Part shown: piece after piece, positions 49,500 to 62,157 of the stretch | Position numbering within the stretch: position 1 is the stretch's first letter | Layout of the letters: the number at the start of each line of letters is the position of its first letter | NCBI GenBank assembly: GCA_028534125.1 | Contig: CM052816.1 | Span: forward strand, 75,270,001 to 75,334,000 | DNA length: 64,000 nt | Direction of reading: 5' to 3' | Origin: Lama glama | Lineage: Eukaryota | The notes under the pieces: model-generated | Database searches by the model: none | Seen by the model: the letters and a program-made list of their open reading frames with translations, nothing else | What the model was told of the DNA's origin: nothing | Program-made: the position numbers and the translations under genes

Positions 49500-50200
49500 T
49501 GCCTCATAATTTAGTCTCCACCAATACCAAAGAGGTTTTTTGACAAAGTAAATTATATCACCCTACTCTTCTGATCTAGTCTCTCCAATGGCTGCCTCTA
49601 ACATTTGAATAAAGTCCAAAGTTTTTGTCGATGTCTACCAGACACGCCATTACCTGGCCAACTGACTGCCCTCCCTTCTCCATCCTTACATTAGTTGGAT
49701 TTGGCCACAGTGGCTTCTATTTTTTGACCTCACCAGGCTCTTTCCTACTTTCAAGCACGTGCATGTGCTGTCGTGGGTCTGAACAGAGCACCTTGCAGTG
49801 CTCACACTGTTGCTTCCTTTTCATCATCCCACTTTTCTTCTCAAATGTCACCTCTTCAAGAAGGCCTTCCCAATCCCTTCCCACTTCCACCAGTTACTAT
49901 CACAAGACTGTCATGCTCTCCTTTAATAAATGTTTTCTGGAATATCCTTCTTTTATGCATTTACTCATTTATAGCGTTTGTTTATTTGCCGAGTGTTTAC
50001 CACCACTTAATAGAATGAAGACTTACTGTGGCCAGAGCTTCTATCTGGCTCATCATCCTTTCCAGTGGGCCCAATGTCTCAATTAATTTATACATGTTGT
50101 CTTGTCACTGTATTTATATTATAAGCTCCACAAAGACAGAGGTGATGTCTTCTAATTTAATTGTATCTTTACATTTCCAAGAGGGTGAGTTCATTCAATG
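49500..50200 (+). mobile_element. LINE-2 3' region
   Basis: ctccaatggctgcctc...aataaagtccaaa...tctcaaatgtcacctcttcaagaaggccttcc...tataagctccacaaagacagag. Confidence 0.8.
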
Positions 50201-50784
50201 AAAGATAAAAAATACTGAAAGCTTCTAAAGAGAAAATGGGCCAGAGGGCTAACATTTCAATTGGAAGTTCAGGTTTTATACCCCTCCCCTCTCTAACCTC
50301 GTGAGATTCTCTTTGACAAAGACTTATCCATATGCTGCTTAAGTAAAAGAGCTTTCAGAAAGAATTGAGGTTACACTTTAAGTTCATACTTTTTCCTTGA
50401 CTGTACTAAATATAATAAAGTACAGAATCTATGAAATAAAACCACAGAAATTTAGTTGAATTCTAGAGCTAAATTATTTTGGCTTCTAATACATTAAGTT
50501 TGGTTTTGAAAAATCTGTTCTGAGGTAGGTTTATATCTTTTGTCCAGTACAGCCCACAGCAATGTGAAGTAGCTTTCTGCTTTCTGCCAAGCTCTGAATT
50601 TGTCCCTCTGCACCCTTTTGCTGTGCTTCATAAGTGGTGGCAGTACTGAATGGAAAGATTTCATGGCCACTTGCCATGTTAGGTAGTACTGGAGGCTCAC
50701 AACCTTCTACTTTTGGAATTTCTTAGTCTAATGCCTGCTGATGCTATTACAGAGAGATGCTTAATAACATTTCAAATAATTCAG

Positions 50785-51010
50785 CAATAGTAATAGCTAA
50801 CATTCATTGAACATATTAAGTAGAAAACGCTGTACTTGTGTGTATAATTTAACTATTTAACTATTTAACTAAGTCTCTGGTGAGAGATGAGCCAACCAAA
50901 GTTTAGAGACATCAAGTAACTTGCAAATGGTATAAGCTGGTAAGAGACAAAGCCAGGATTTGAACCCAACTTAGTCTTATAACAGATCTCATTCTCACAA
51001 TTGCTAAGGT
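50785..51010 (-). mobile_element. MIR containing (ATTTAACT)3
   Basis: aatagctaacattcattgaac...aagtaacttgc...aagccaggatttgaaccca; 8-bp triplication at 50847-50871. Confidence 0.8.
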
Positions 51011-51624
51011 AGCTGTAGGGTGGACATTTATGAGTCTAACCAGGTGAAATGTTCAAAATATGCCTGAGGCAACTGGTCAGAATGGATACGTAAATAATCT
51101 AAATGGATACCAGCGCATCTTTCCTGGTGCACTTCCTGAATATCATTTCTATTCCCACGACTCCTTTAACATTTGCACCTTCCTCGGAGGATACAAGAAC
51201 CTCTCACCAATGTGAACTCCCAGCCAGTGTGTTAGGGTTGAGTGGTATCCACAGGGCAGGCCACATCGTCAGGTGCAGGAACACCATCCAGCAGGTAGCA
51301 CAGAGTGACTTCAGAGACAATGAGGCCACAAAGGGTTCTGTGTCATATGATACCGAATGATGGTTCCTGTTTCTTCATGGGAGAAAGAGAGTCTCCTTTC
51401 TCTGCTAAATTCTAAACCACAATCTCTGCTCCTTTCACTAGTCTCCATAAATCTTATTTTCCAAACTTCATCCAGGGTTTTGAAACCTATTTCGCTGCAA
51501 AATCATTATGTTTACCAAAGAACACCTATTAACTTTGCTCAGAATTAGTGTTTTGGGAAGTGCTAAGTAATCTAAAGTGTCTGCCCCTCTGGTACACACC
51601 CAGTCCCTCACCCCGCCAACCATC

Positions 51625-51765
51625 CCCCTACCTCATTTGCGTATGAGGAAATTCAGATTCAGAGAGGTTAGGTGACTTTTCTAAGATTTCTCAGGCAAGA
51701 GCTGAGATTTTAAGGTTTCAGACTCTTTAGTATCTAGCCCAGTGCACTTTCCACTACGTTTGCCT
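51625..51765 (-). mobile_element. MIR fragment
   Basis: atgaggaaattcagattcagagaggttaggtgactt...cccagtgcactttccactac. Confidence 0.75.
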
Positions 51766-52094
51766 GCTTATATACCACAGCTTACCAGTGTCCATGTGAG
51801 TGGCACACAATGAACCTCAACTATCAGTTTCTAAAACCAGGCATTAATTAATCTTGGGTTTCAAAGGCAGGGTGACTTTTTTTTTTTTTTGCATATTCTG
51901 GCTTCTCAAAGGATGTTGATCAGAAGATGACTTATAATAGTCCAAACTTGTAAAATAATATCTGTCAGTATGGGACCAGTTGTATAAGTTGTAATGCAAC
52001 CGTATAGTGGCATCCACTAGCTTCATAAAAATGATGACAAAGGTGTACACTTGTTGAATTGGAGAAATTCCCAGGGCACATCAGAAAGTGATAA

Positions 52095-52330
52095 AGGCAA
52101 TGTACAAAGTACTATTCTCAGTATGATATCATCTAAAACCTTATGTGCCTTTGTGCACATGGATCCATGTCTATATATAAAGAAAAATATCTAAAATCCT
52201 ACGTGCTGAAATACTGACAGACAATTCTTTGAATAGTGGCTTTATGTGTAATTTTTGTTTTCTTCAAGTACTTTTTATACTGCTGTAAATATTTTATAAT
52301 GAGGGTATACTACCATTAAAATAAAGAGGA
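52095..52330 (+). mobile_element. Ancient L1 (L1ME-type) 3' end fragment
   Basis: Degraded 3' UTR-like sequence ending attttataatgagggtatactacc..taaaataaa. Confidence 0.45.
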
Positions 52331-52589
52331 ATAAGCTATGAAGCTATTTTCATTCAGAAAAACAAAACATCAGACCCCTTTTTCTTCTCTGTTTACCAAT
52401 TCCAATCCTACCTACTTTCTCCTAGTCCTCCAGGATACCTGTAACTCCAGCCACAGGCACAACCCCTGGGGCCCATTAGGGATGGTTCTTCGAGCCCCCA
52501 CCCTCACTAGGCTCACTGTCACCCAGGTCTGTGATAATCACGTTCCTATTTCCGACACAATGCCTGCCTCTTCCCCTTTCACCATTATT

Positions 52590-53062
52590 ACCTCCATCCA
52601 CCAAAATTCTATCCGTCTCTAAAGGCCCATTCTAAGATTCACCCTGGATAACTCAGACCCCTGATGCCTTTGAAATCATCCTATTGGTTGTATTCTTTTC
52701 TGCTTTTACAAGATTTAATGTCACGTGACTAGATACAGGGCCTGTGTGCTCACTGCACCCTGCACGAAGGCAGGTGACTAAGAGATTGAATGGAGAATAT
52801 AATCCAGACTGCAATCTGGTCACTAAGCTGGTTCCCTGACCTCCTTAATTAAGTCGGATCCTTCTGTTATTAGCCATTGTCCCAAGTGAAATCATTCATT
52901 ATCATTATCCATACCCATCTCTTCATTACCCAGTGAGGAGAGGGTCCAGGACTGCTCCAGTCTGCTTTTGCTCACTGTCAGATATCTTCAGCCCCCATAA
53001 TGTCTGGCACACAGAAGGTGCTCGATGAATATGAATTCATCAGACGAATTAATAAATCGATG
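52590..53062 (+). mobile_element. LINE-2 3' fragments
   Basis: aatgtctggcacacagaaggtgctcgatgaatatgaattcat..gacgaattaataaat (L2 terminus). Confidence 0.65.
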
Positions 53063-53969
53063 AAAGGTCAAGTGACTTGGCCAAAATCACACACAAAGAT
53101 CAAACCTGGGATGCTCTGTACTATGGCAACATGGGTAGCAGCCACCAGGGAAGATGGAGGTAAGCCGAGGTACGGGCAAGGACCGTAGGGGTAACAGCTT
53201 TGGATAAGCAGCCCCGGGATCTTCCTGCAGCATCTGTGAGAGCATCTTCTACTGTTTTCCTGTGCAGAGGGAGAGGGGTGAATGGCTCAGGCTCTGCTGC
53301 TGAATGTGTTTGTCCTGCATGTGTCACCCATGCTGAAACGCTCCATCCCATTGGCTCCAATCAGATCATATCACATCGCAGCTACTCAAGTGACCCATTC
53401 ATTTTCCCTTCCTACCTCCAGGCTTTTGATAGAAGGAGATTAGAGGAGGGGGAAAAAAAATCACATCACCTCAAGGGAGAGGAGTCATTTTTTGTTTTTG
53501 TTTCTGTGCATTAAGAATTGATTTACGAGGTTTTAATGTATTACTTGATATTGCAGTAATTGTCTCTCCCTACTGTGAGGGCGCTGATTACATCAACTGA
53601 GCTGCGCAAGACTGCCTTCACACCACTTTAATCGTTCTTAGGATGAGCATTTTATTTGCTGATTTTTACTGTCATCTTTTCCAGTCAGTAATAGAAGAAA
53701 CACTTTGGCACCAAGAGCTGAGGTCTCATTTCTCCTGTGCCTAAGCAAACATGGAAAAATCTATAAAACTGCTCTCAGAGGTTACTGAGAAATTAATCTA
53801 GCTGCCTCCATCTTGAGATTGAGGCGAGAGGTATTTTGGCAAAGATAGAGCAGGACTCTTTACAAGAGGGGGTTTGGAAGAGCCAACCTCAGTCCATTCT
53901 TCTGACTTTCTCTTTAGCATCAGTTACATAGTAGTAGGTGGAAAAGGGGGCAAAAAGGAAAGAGATAAG

Positions 53970-54170
53970 TATCACTTAATGAACATCAGGCTTACTCCAG
54001 GGTATGAGCATTAGGGATTCACTATCATATAACCTTAAACATAGCGATGAGGTTGGTTTGATTATTTTCATTTAGGATGTGGATTCTGAGGCTCAGAAAA
54101 ACAAAGATTTGCCCGAGGTTACCTGGTTGGTAAGTAGCAGAGTCCAAATTCTCATCCTGGTCTGACTCCC
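53970..54170 (-). mobile_element. MIR
   Basis: ttcatttaggatgtggattctgaggctcagaaa....gatttgcccgaggttac.tggttggtaagtagcagag...ctggtctgactcc. Confidence 0.8.
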
Positions 54171-56029
54171 ACAGAGGAGCAGCTACAGAGGCAAAGAGCC
54201 GTCTGATGCTGTGCAGGTTACCTCCAAGTTCCTCTTTCCTGCAGTGGTGAGAGCCCAGATCTCAGGCTGACCGAATAAGGCAGGCTGCACTCGGCAAGGC
54301 TGAACACACGGAGCCTCAAGTGTGCAGTACTCTGACCTCACCATCAGCACCAGTGTGTTGCTCTGGGACCTTGAAAAGAAGGTCAAGTTCCTTGTGACAT
54401 AAAATGGTTCTGGGCCAAAAGAAAACTACAGCATGAGATGTGGACAGAGTAGACAGCCCTTTTTGTCCTTTCACAGAAAAAGAAAAGACGCAGCAGTCAT
54501 TTCAACCTGTAAGCAGGTCACTTCAACAAAAATGTCAAGAGAGTCACCAGAGCACAGCTATTCATTTGAGACACAACAACTGGCTGATTACATTTTTCTT
54601 TTCATCTGTGAGTTGGGTTATTATATGAAAATAAAAAACATCTTCTTGTTCCCACTCATTTGCTCAGCAAATACCCGTCATGCACTGACTGTGGTAGGTG
54701 GCCTTGGGTGCACAGCATCACCGACCGCATCTCTTTCCTCCTGTAACTTGGTTCTCTCACCTGCTTTTCTCTGGCAAGTTGTGCTTTTGAAAGGACAGTT
54801 TTAAAGTAATTACTGGAGGAATAAACATTGAAAACATGACTTGCAGTTTATCCCTGAAGATTTTAAGACCTTACCAGATAAATAAGGAATTAACCATCTC
54901 AATTCAGTACAACTTCTTCCTCCTCTTCCCTTTGCTCCCTCCCCTTCTCTCCTCTTCCCCTCTTACTTTCCTTTGTCTTTTGAATAAACACACTGGCCAC
55001 GAGGAAAGCAATGGTAGCCAAAAGAAATGAGAGTTTTTCAGCTTTGATAAGCTTACCTGAATCTCACAACTGGAACATTTAGAAAGAAATTCCTCTACGT
55101 TTAGTACCAGTGTGAGAATTGCACTCTCTGCATTAAAAAATATTTTTTCAATTATATAGTAGGGGAAGGGGCCTTGTAATATTCAGTCTGAGTGATAGTC
55201 AGCAGGTGTTCATATCTGCTCTGGGTTATAAAATCAATTGACGTAACTTCATAGTCTCCAGGGGCAGGAAAGCAGGGAAAAGTTTGGTCTTCTGTGAGTG
55301 GACACTGGGTAGTTGGAAGAAGTCCCTCTTATGTTCCATACAGAGGGATCTCTCACCTCTGCTCCATCTTTCTGTCTCCTCCATTCTCTTTGCTCCCTGA
55401 CTGGCTTCTTTCTCTTGCTCATCTCACTCAAGGTCCCATGTGGCTGCCCTGGGCTCTTCACACACAACAAGCCACATGGGCCTGGTACCCATCATGGACC
55501 ATTTGTAAGAGGGTGTCTTGAAATTGAAGGTAATCATACTACTACTCCTCTCCTAAATTTCTAAAAACAAAGTGTCATCTGAAATCTGAAATGATCTGCT
55601 TCTTGCCTTCAAAAACCTTGTTTCTATTAGAGATCTGTGAATAATGGCTCAGTAAGACAGCCAGGTCAATGAGACCTCCCTCTGTGGATTTTAATGTAAA
55701 ATACTCCCATTTAGTCAGACAATCAAACAAAAAGGACGATTAGATTTTGTTCTGCTAGCTTTTTAAGGGAAGAACAGAAAAGTGGAATACACAGACAGGC
55801 AGCCAGCCTTTTAATGTACAATCTCGTGAATATTTCCCTCCCAATTCATGTTGTCTAATTTCTAGAATATTTCTATAACATTATCTACCTTGAGAAGAAA
55901 ATTTACAATGTATTTTTTTACAACCATGATTGTGTTACAAGAATAAATCCATAACTTAATACAACTTAACTTACAGATAACATGTAAGAATTTCTGCATC
56001 TAAATAGCAAGAGTTTTATAGATACATTT

Positions 56030-56157
56030 ATGGCATAGCTGGTGGTGATGGTTTCACAGATGTAGGTTAATCTCTAAACTCATCAACATACATACATTAA
56101 ATATGTACAGTGTTTTAGATGCCAATTATACCTCAGTAAAATGGCTTAAAAATAAAT
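56030..56157 (+). mobile_element. L1MC-type extreme 3' fragment
   Basis: ggtggtgatggtttcacagatgt...aaactcatcaa...acattaaatatgtacag...caattatacctcagtaaa. Confidence 0.8.
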
Positions 56158-56233
56158 GTCAAAAATTTAATATACTGGGTATGCTCTTTACCTCTGCAAA
56201 CTCTTAGAGCAGCCTGTCATTTACTTTAAAAAA

Positions 56234-56393
56234 TTTTTTAACTTGACATATAGTTGATTTACAATGCTGTACCAGTTTCTAATGTACAGCATAGTGATTC
56301 AGTTTTTTATTTTCCTTATTCTTTTTCATTATAGGTCATTACAAGTTATTAAATATAGTTCCCAGTGCTATACAGTAGGACCTTATTGTCTAC
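56234..56393 (-). mobile_element. Cetartiodactyl-type L1 3' terminus
   Basis: tatagttgatttacaatgctgt..cagtttctaatgtacagcatagtgattcag...atatagttcccagtgctatacagtaggaccttattgt. Confidence 0.88.
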
Positions 56394-57342
56394 TGAAGAG
56401 TACACTTAAATAATTATTTTTCTCATTCCTATTCAAACCAAAGAATAGGCCAGTAGTTCTATCTCTGATCATTCTTTAATTAAGTAAAATTTTGAGTAAG
56501 AACCAGAAATCTAGAGCTTGGAAATCAAAACAGCATCAGTGAGAGATTAAATCCCTACGTGGAAATAGACTGATAATTTCTGGTCCAGGGGATTGGCATG
56601 GATCTTGTCTAATTCTGATGTTTTGTACATCTGCTTGATGACTCATCCCCATGGTTTAACGAGGTCCTCAGTAGAGAATTCCTCTCTTGCATATTTCCAA
56701 GTGAAGCAACTTGGTCAAATACCCATTACAGGATAACCAATTGGTCAGCCAAGGGTGGGGGAAAATAGTTGTCCCTAGAGCCACCTTGGACAAGCAGCAA
56801 ATGGAAACATTGTGATGGGCTGGGGGGACAGAGCTCTGATATACCAAAATTTCCCTGTCTTTCACAGCAACATTTCTATTTTCTTTACACTTGACAGTAC
56901 ATCTTTAAGGATGATTTTATAATTTAAATATTTCATTTCCTTCCCAAAGATATTGGGTAATTTATATCTTCAGATTATGTGGGCCCCAAGTGCTACTCTG
57001 GCCTCCTTGAAGGTGTCCTGGAGAGGAACTAGGGAAAGCCACTGAACAAGTAAGTGAGCACTTTCCCGTGGCACATGGCGCACACCAGCCAGGTTGGAGA
57101 ATTCTCTTACAGCCTGACTGAGTTAATTTTGGATGGGCGAAGGCTGAGCGAAAGGCAGGTGAAAAACCCAACGATGCTTGTGAAGTGTTTTATGTCTTTC
57201 CTACATATTCCTGCCTCATGAAACCCTGTTGTTGGGGAAAAAAAATATGTAGAGAATTCTGCTGCTTCAAGCTATGGTGTTTTCAACAAATTTAATTTGT
57301 GCTGTTTCTATATTTAACCTTGGAAAACTATAGACAGGCCAT

Positions 57343-57394
57343 TTCTTTATGAATTCACTATTTTGGTTCTTTATAAATTCACTATTTTGGTTCT
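57343..57394. repeat. 24-bp tandem duplication
   Basis: ttctttatgaattcactattttgg / ttctttataaattcactattttgg / ttct. Confidence 0.9.
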
Positions 57395-57494
57395 ATGAAA
57401 GTTCTAAGCAACTACTTGATTCCCTTCAATTCAGCAAACCTTTTTTGGTTTCACTGCTGTCTCAGGGAAAGCAAATTAACTAAATGTGTATATT

Positions 57495-57730
57495 TATTGG
57501 CAAACATTTCTATAGCATTTGCTACATTCTAGAAACTGTTAAAAGTACTTTACAAAGATTAACTCATTTAATTCATAACAACCTTTTAAGGTCAATACTA
57601 TTATTATTCATGTGACATAAGTGAAGCAACTAAGGCACAGAAAGGTTAAGTACCATGCTCAAGGCTGCGCAGCTAGCAAGTGGCAAACTAGGATTCAGAC
57701 TCAGACAGTCTTGCTCTAGAGTCTTCTTTC
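57495..57730 (-). mobile_element. MIR (near full length)
   Basis: attaactcatttaattcataca...aactaaggcacagaaaggttaagta.catgctcaaggct..gcagctagcaagtggcaaactaggattcagactcagacagtct. Confidence 0.88.
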
Positions 57731-58209
57731 TTGAGTTAGATCACTGGGAGATGCCTTACCAACTTGGCATCAGGCCCTGTCTTTGACATTTGCTTTCCTC
57801 TGATATAGGCATCTAGGTCAATGAGAAGCTGAATATTTTTCTGACATTATGATACTTGTAATTAATTAATTGGTGCTAAATAAGAATGTTAAACATAAGT
57901 TAAACTTTTAACTTATCTAACTCCTTAAATGACTTTTATAGATTTTTGGATCAATTTGGATATGAATAGATGTTAACTCCCTTACAGAAAATCCCCAGAT
58001 CTGAGCTTCTTCCTTCCTTATTCATTTTTGTCTTTTTTCCCCACCTTCCTTCCATCGTATTTTCTTGTTTCTCTTTTTATAGTCACTTATTTTCCAAGGC
58101 ACTCATATATTCACAGCATCCATCCCTGATAAACTTGACTGTGCCTTTTTTTATTATTTGAAATCATATTACCACATTCATGTTCAAGATGATTTGGAGC
58201 CCAAATCCC

Positions 58210-58258
58210 CATAAAAATCCCTATCCTATAAGACATAAAAATCCCCATCCTATAAGAC
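58210..58258. repeat. 24-bp tandem duplication
   Basis: cataaaaatccctatcctataaga / cataaaaatccccatcctataaga. Confidence 0.9.
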
Positions 58259-59307
58259 GCAAATCCACAAAAGTTTCCTTAAATCATTTTCTTAAATCAA
58301 TTCAGTTCCAATATAGAAATTCCTGGGAGCCAGAGAGAGAGAGGAAGCTAAAAACTAGAGAGACTATCTTCTATTTAAGCCAGGACAGATTGGGGTACAA
58401 GATGTGGGGGGAGGGACGAAGCTTAGGTGTGAATGTCTTTCCAGAGATAGAAGACAAGATATCTGACCCAAAGAAATTCCACAGAATTTGGAAAATAGAT
58501 ACTGAGGCTTCTGATGAAAGATGAGAACTTTGAAAGACTGCTACCCCAAGAAACAGGGACTAAATGGATTCACGACCAGCTTGGGAAAAATGCAAGATGT
58601 TTGCTTCCTTTCTGGTTTTGAGTAGATTTTTTTTTTTAATGTTTCCCATGTTCCCTTGATGGGACTGGAGCCCAAATTTATCCTACCTAAGTGTTATTTT
58701 AAACTCTGTGCTTAGGAAATTGGCATTAAAATTGTTCCCATGTGAATTATACTTGTAGGGTGAATGGAGGAAGAAAATGCCAAATTAGGAGCAACATTTC
58801 AACAAGACAGACTCCCCAAGGGAGACAAGATTACTTTAGGAAAAATAATACTTACTTACAATGACCTCCCAACAAAAGGTTCTACAACACACCTAGAAAT
58901 CATCTACCATAAACATGAGGCAGTAGATAATTAATCTATAAGGCTGGCTGGAGGATTAGCAACCACAGATCCTGAGATAATAGACAAATCATTTGATGGG
59001 GACGTTCATGTAAGTATAGCTAAATTTATTAAAAAGATCAAAATAAGATTTGGAAGCCAAAAGGAAAGAGTAAGGCATCATTTATAAGAATAAGAGAAAT
59101 ATGAAAAATATAACAAATAAAACTTTTACATATAGAAGATTCTTCATGGAATTTAATTGGATAATAGCAGATTACATACAACTAAAGAAATTTGATGAAA
59201 TAGAAAACAGAGCTGAGAAAATTAATAAGTCTTCAACATCAAGGGAAAAAAATGAAAATATAAATGATAGGATAAGAGTCGTAGAGGATAGAACAAGAAA
59301 ATCCAAA

Positions 59308-59980
59308 GATAGAAAATAACAAGGGTTGGTAAGGATGTGGGGAAATGTTCAGCTGTCTTGGAAAATAGTTCGATAGTTCCTCAAAAAGCTAAACATAGAA
59401 TTCCATATAAACCAACAATTCTACTCCTAGATATATTCAATAGAAATGAAACATATGTCCATAAAAAACTTGTACATGAATGTTCACAGCAGCATTATTC
59501 ATAATAGCCAAAAGGTGGAAATAAACCAAATGTTCATCAACTGATGAGTGAATAAACAAGCTTGGTGTATCTATCCATATAATGAAATATCTGAAAATTA
59601 AAAGAAACGAAGCCCTGATACAAGCTACAGCATGGACGAACCTTGAAAACATTATGCTAACTGAAATAAGCCAGTTACAAAAGACCACATAGTACCTGAT
59701 TACATTTATATGAAATGTCCAGAAGAGGCAAAGCTATAGAGACAGAAAAGGATCAGTAGCTGTTTAGAGCCACAGATAGGAGAATAAGGGATATGTGAAA
59801 GAATAGGGAATGACAGCTAATGGCTATGGTGTTTCTCTTAGGAAGGATACAGATGCTTTAACATTGTGGTGATGGTTGCACAACTCTGTGGATATACTAA
59901 AGATCACTGAATTGTACACTTTAAATGGGTGAATTATATGGTATTAGCTATATCTCAATAAAGCTGTTTAAAGAAAGAAA
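59308..59980 (+). mobile_element. Nested L1MB-type 3' end
   Basis: aacaagggttggtaaggatgtgg...gaatgttcacagcagcattattcataatagccaaaaggtggaaa...tgtacactttaaatgggtgaatt...ctcaataaagctgtt plus A-rich tail. Confidence 0.9.
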
Positions 59981-60897
59981 AAAAACCAAAATAAGCTAAT
60001 AGGATTTCTGAAAGACATAGAATTGAGAATGGTCAATATGCAAAGAAATTAGGGCTAAGAATTTTCCAGATTTGATTAGCAATATGCATCATCATATTGA
60101 AAAAACCCATAGGTCCTGAATAGGAAAACAAAATATAAATCTACATGTAAGCATGTTGTAGTGTAATTGCAAAACAACAAAGACAAGAGAAAGGTCTTAA
60201 TAGCAATAAGAGAGGAAAGATTAATATGTTACAAAGAATAAAATCAATTAGCGGAATTATCAATAAAATCATTAGTGATCAAAAAAGAGTGAAGCAATAT
60301 CTTCAAAATACTGGTACCAAAATAGTCATTCTAGAATTCTCTATTCAGATAAATTATTATTTAAATGAGAACAAAATTAAAGACATTTTCAGAAAAGCAA
60401 AAACTGAGAAAACTTATTACTCAAAGATTCTCATTAAGTGAGCTAACTTAAAAGGAAACTTTGAGAAGGATGAGGATGCCAGAAGTCAATCTAAATGAAC
60501 ATTAAATGCAAATCTTAATAATAATAATGATAATTTATTTGGGCAGAAGATTAAAATCAAGGTAGATCCAAGATTTTTGACAATAGTGACATGTAAGTTA
60601 GGGGGAATACTCAGTTTTCTCAAATTATTGTTTTTCAAGAGAAGGATAACAACATTAATGTTAGACTATAGAGTAAGTCTGTTTGTTAAAATTTTAAGGA
60701 TAAAGAATAAAACAGAAATAGAATGCATAACTTCCAAACCAGTAGAAGAAAAAGAGGGAAATAAAGCAAACTTGATTAATACAAAAGAAGGCAGAAAGCA
60801 GTAAAACAGAAATAAAAAGTACGTCAAATAGAAGACACAAATAAGATCGCAAAAACAAACCAAAATTCACTGATACAACAAATATAAACAAAAGACA

Positions 60898-61857
60898 ATT
60901 GAGAAACAACTCTATCAAAAAATACATCAAAGACCTTAACAGACAGTTCACCAAAGAAGATAAACACATAACAAGTAAGCATATGAGAAGATGCTCCACA
61001 TCATATGTCATTAGGGAAATGCAGCTAAAACAATAATGGGTTATCTGTTAGGATGGCCAAAATCCTGAACACTGACTCAACTGCTGGTGAGGATGTGGAG
61101 CAACAGGAACTCTCATTCATTCATGATGGGAATGCAAGATGGTATATCCACTTTAGAAAACGGTTTGGCAGTTTTTGAAAAACTAAATATACTCTTACCA
61201 TACGATCCAGCAGTTGTGCTCTTTGGTATTTACCCAAAGGAATTCAAAACTTACGTCCATACAAAAACCCAAATGTGGATATTTATGGCAGCTTTTATAA
61301 TTACCCAAATTTGGGAGTAACCAAAATGTTACTTTGAGGTGATTAGATAAACTGTGATATATCCAGACAGTGGAATATTATCTCACACTATGAAGGAATG
61401 AACTATCAAGCCATAAAGAGACATGGAGGAAACTTAGATGTATATTATTAACTGAAAGAAGTCAACCTGAAAAGGCTACATACTGCATGATTCCAACTAT
61501 GTGACATTCTGGAAAAGGTAAAACTATGGCAAGAGTTAAATGATAAGTGGCTGCCCGGGGTTGGCAGGAGGAAGAACAAACAGGTAGAACACAGAGGCTG
61601 TTTAAGGCAGTGGAACCACTTTGTATGATAATTATACATAGACATGAATACACCTTGGAATATACACACCAAGAGTGAACCCTAATGTAGGCTATGGTTC
61701 ATTGATTGAAATCAACGTACCACTCTGGTGAGGGATGTCGGTAATGGGAAAGGCTCTACACGTGTATGGGTAAAAGAAATATGGGAAATCGTTGTACCTT
61801 CTGCTCAATTTTGCTGTGAACTTTAAACTTCTCTAAAAAATAAAGTCTATTTTAAAA
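60898..61857 (+). mobile_element. Nested L1MC-type 3' end
   Basis: ORF2 C-terminal remnant LEN-LAVFEKLNILLPYDPAVVLFGIYPKEFKTYVHTKT; end ctgctcaattttgctgtgaac...aaaaaataaagtctattttaaaa; possible TSD aaaagaca (60890-60897 / 61858-61865). Confidence 0.9.
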
Positions 61858-62157
61858 AAAAGACAGGAGACAGTTTCAAAGAATCCTGCTTTTATAATCT
61901 TCATGAGAGAAATAAAGACACTTGAGACATAATGACATGAAGAAGTTAAAAGTAAAAGGATGGAAAAGACATATGAAGTAACTATTCATAAAATAAAGTT
62001 GATGTAGCTATGCTAGCATCACACAAATTGGACTGTAAGGCAAAAAGCATTATTATGAAAGAAAGATGGTACTATACAGTGATTAAAAGAACAATTCACC
62101 AAGAAGCTTGAACAGCCCTAAAGCTGCATACACCCAACAAAATAGCCTCAAAACACT

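Noticed and set aside
49625..50086. 153-aa plus-strand ORF
   Set aside because: Lies within a degraded L2; chance open frame with non-ATG start
53570..53587. CTCF-like GAGGGCGCTG (similar partial matches near 1620, 32843 and 38812)
   Set aside because: Only half of the core motif matches
57343..58258. 24-bp repeats as possible CRISPR-like direct repeats
   Set aside because: Only two adjacent copies each, no spacers, eukaryotic context
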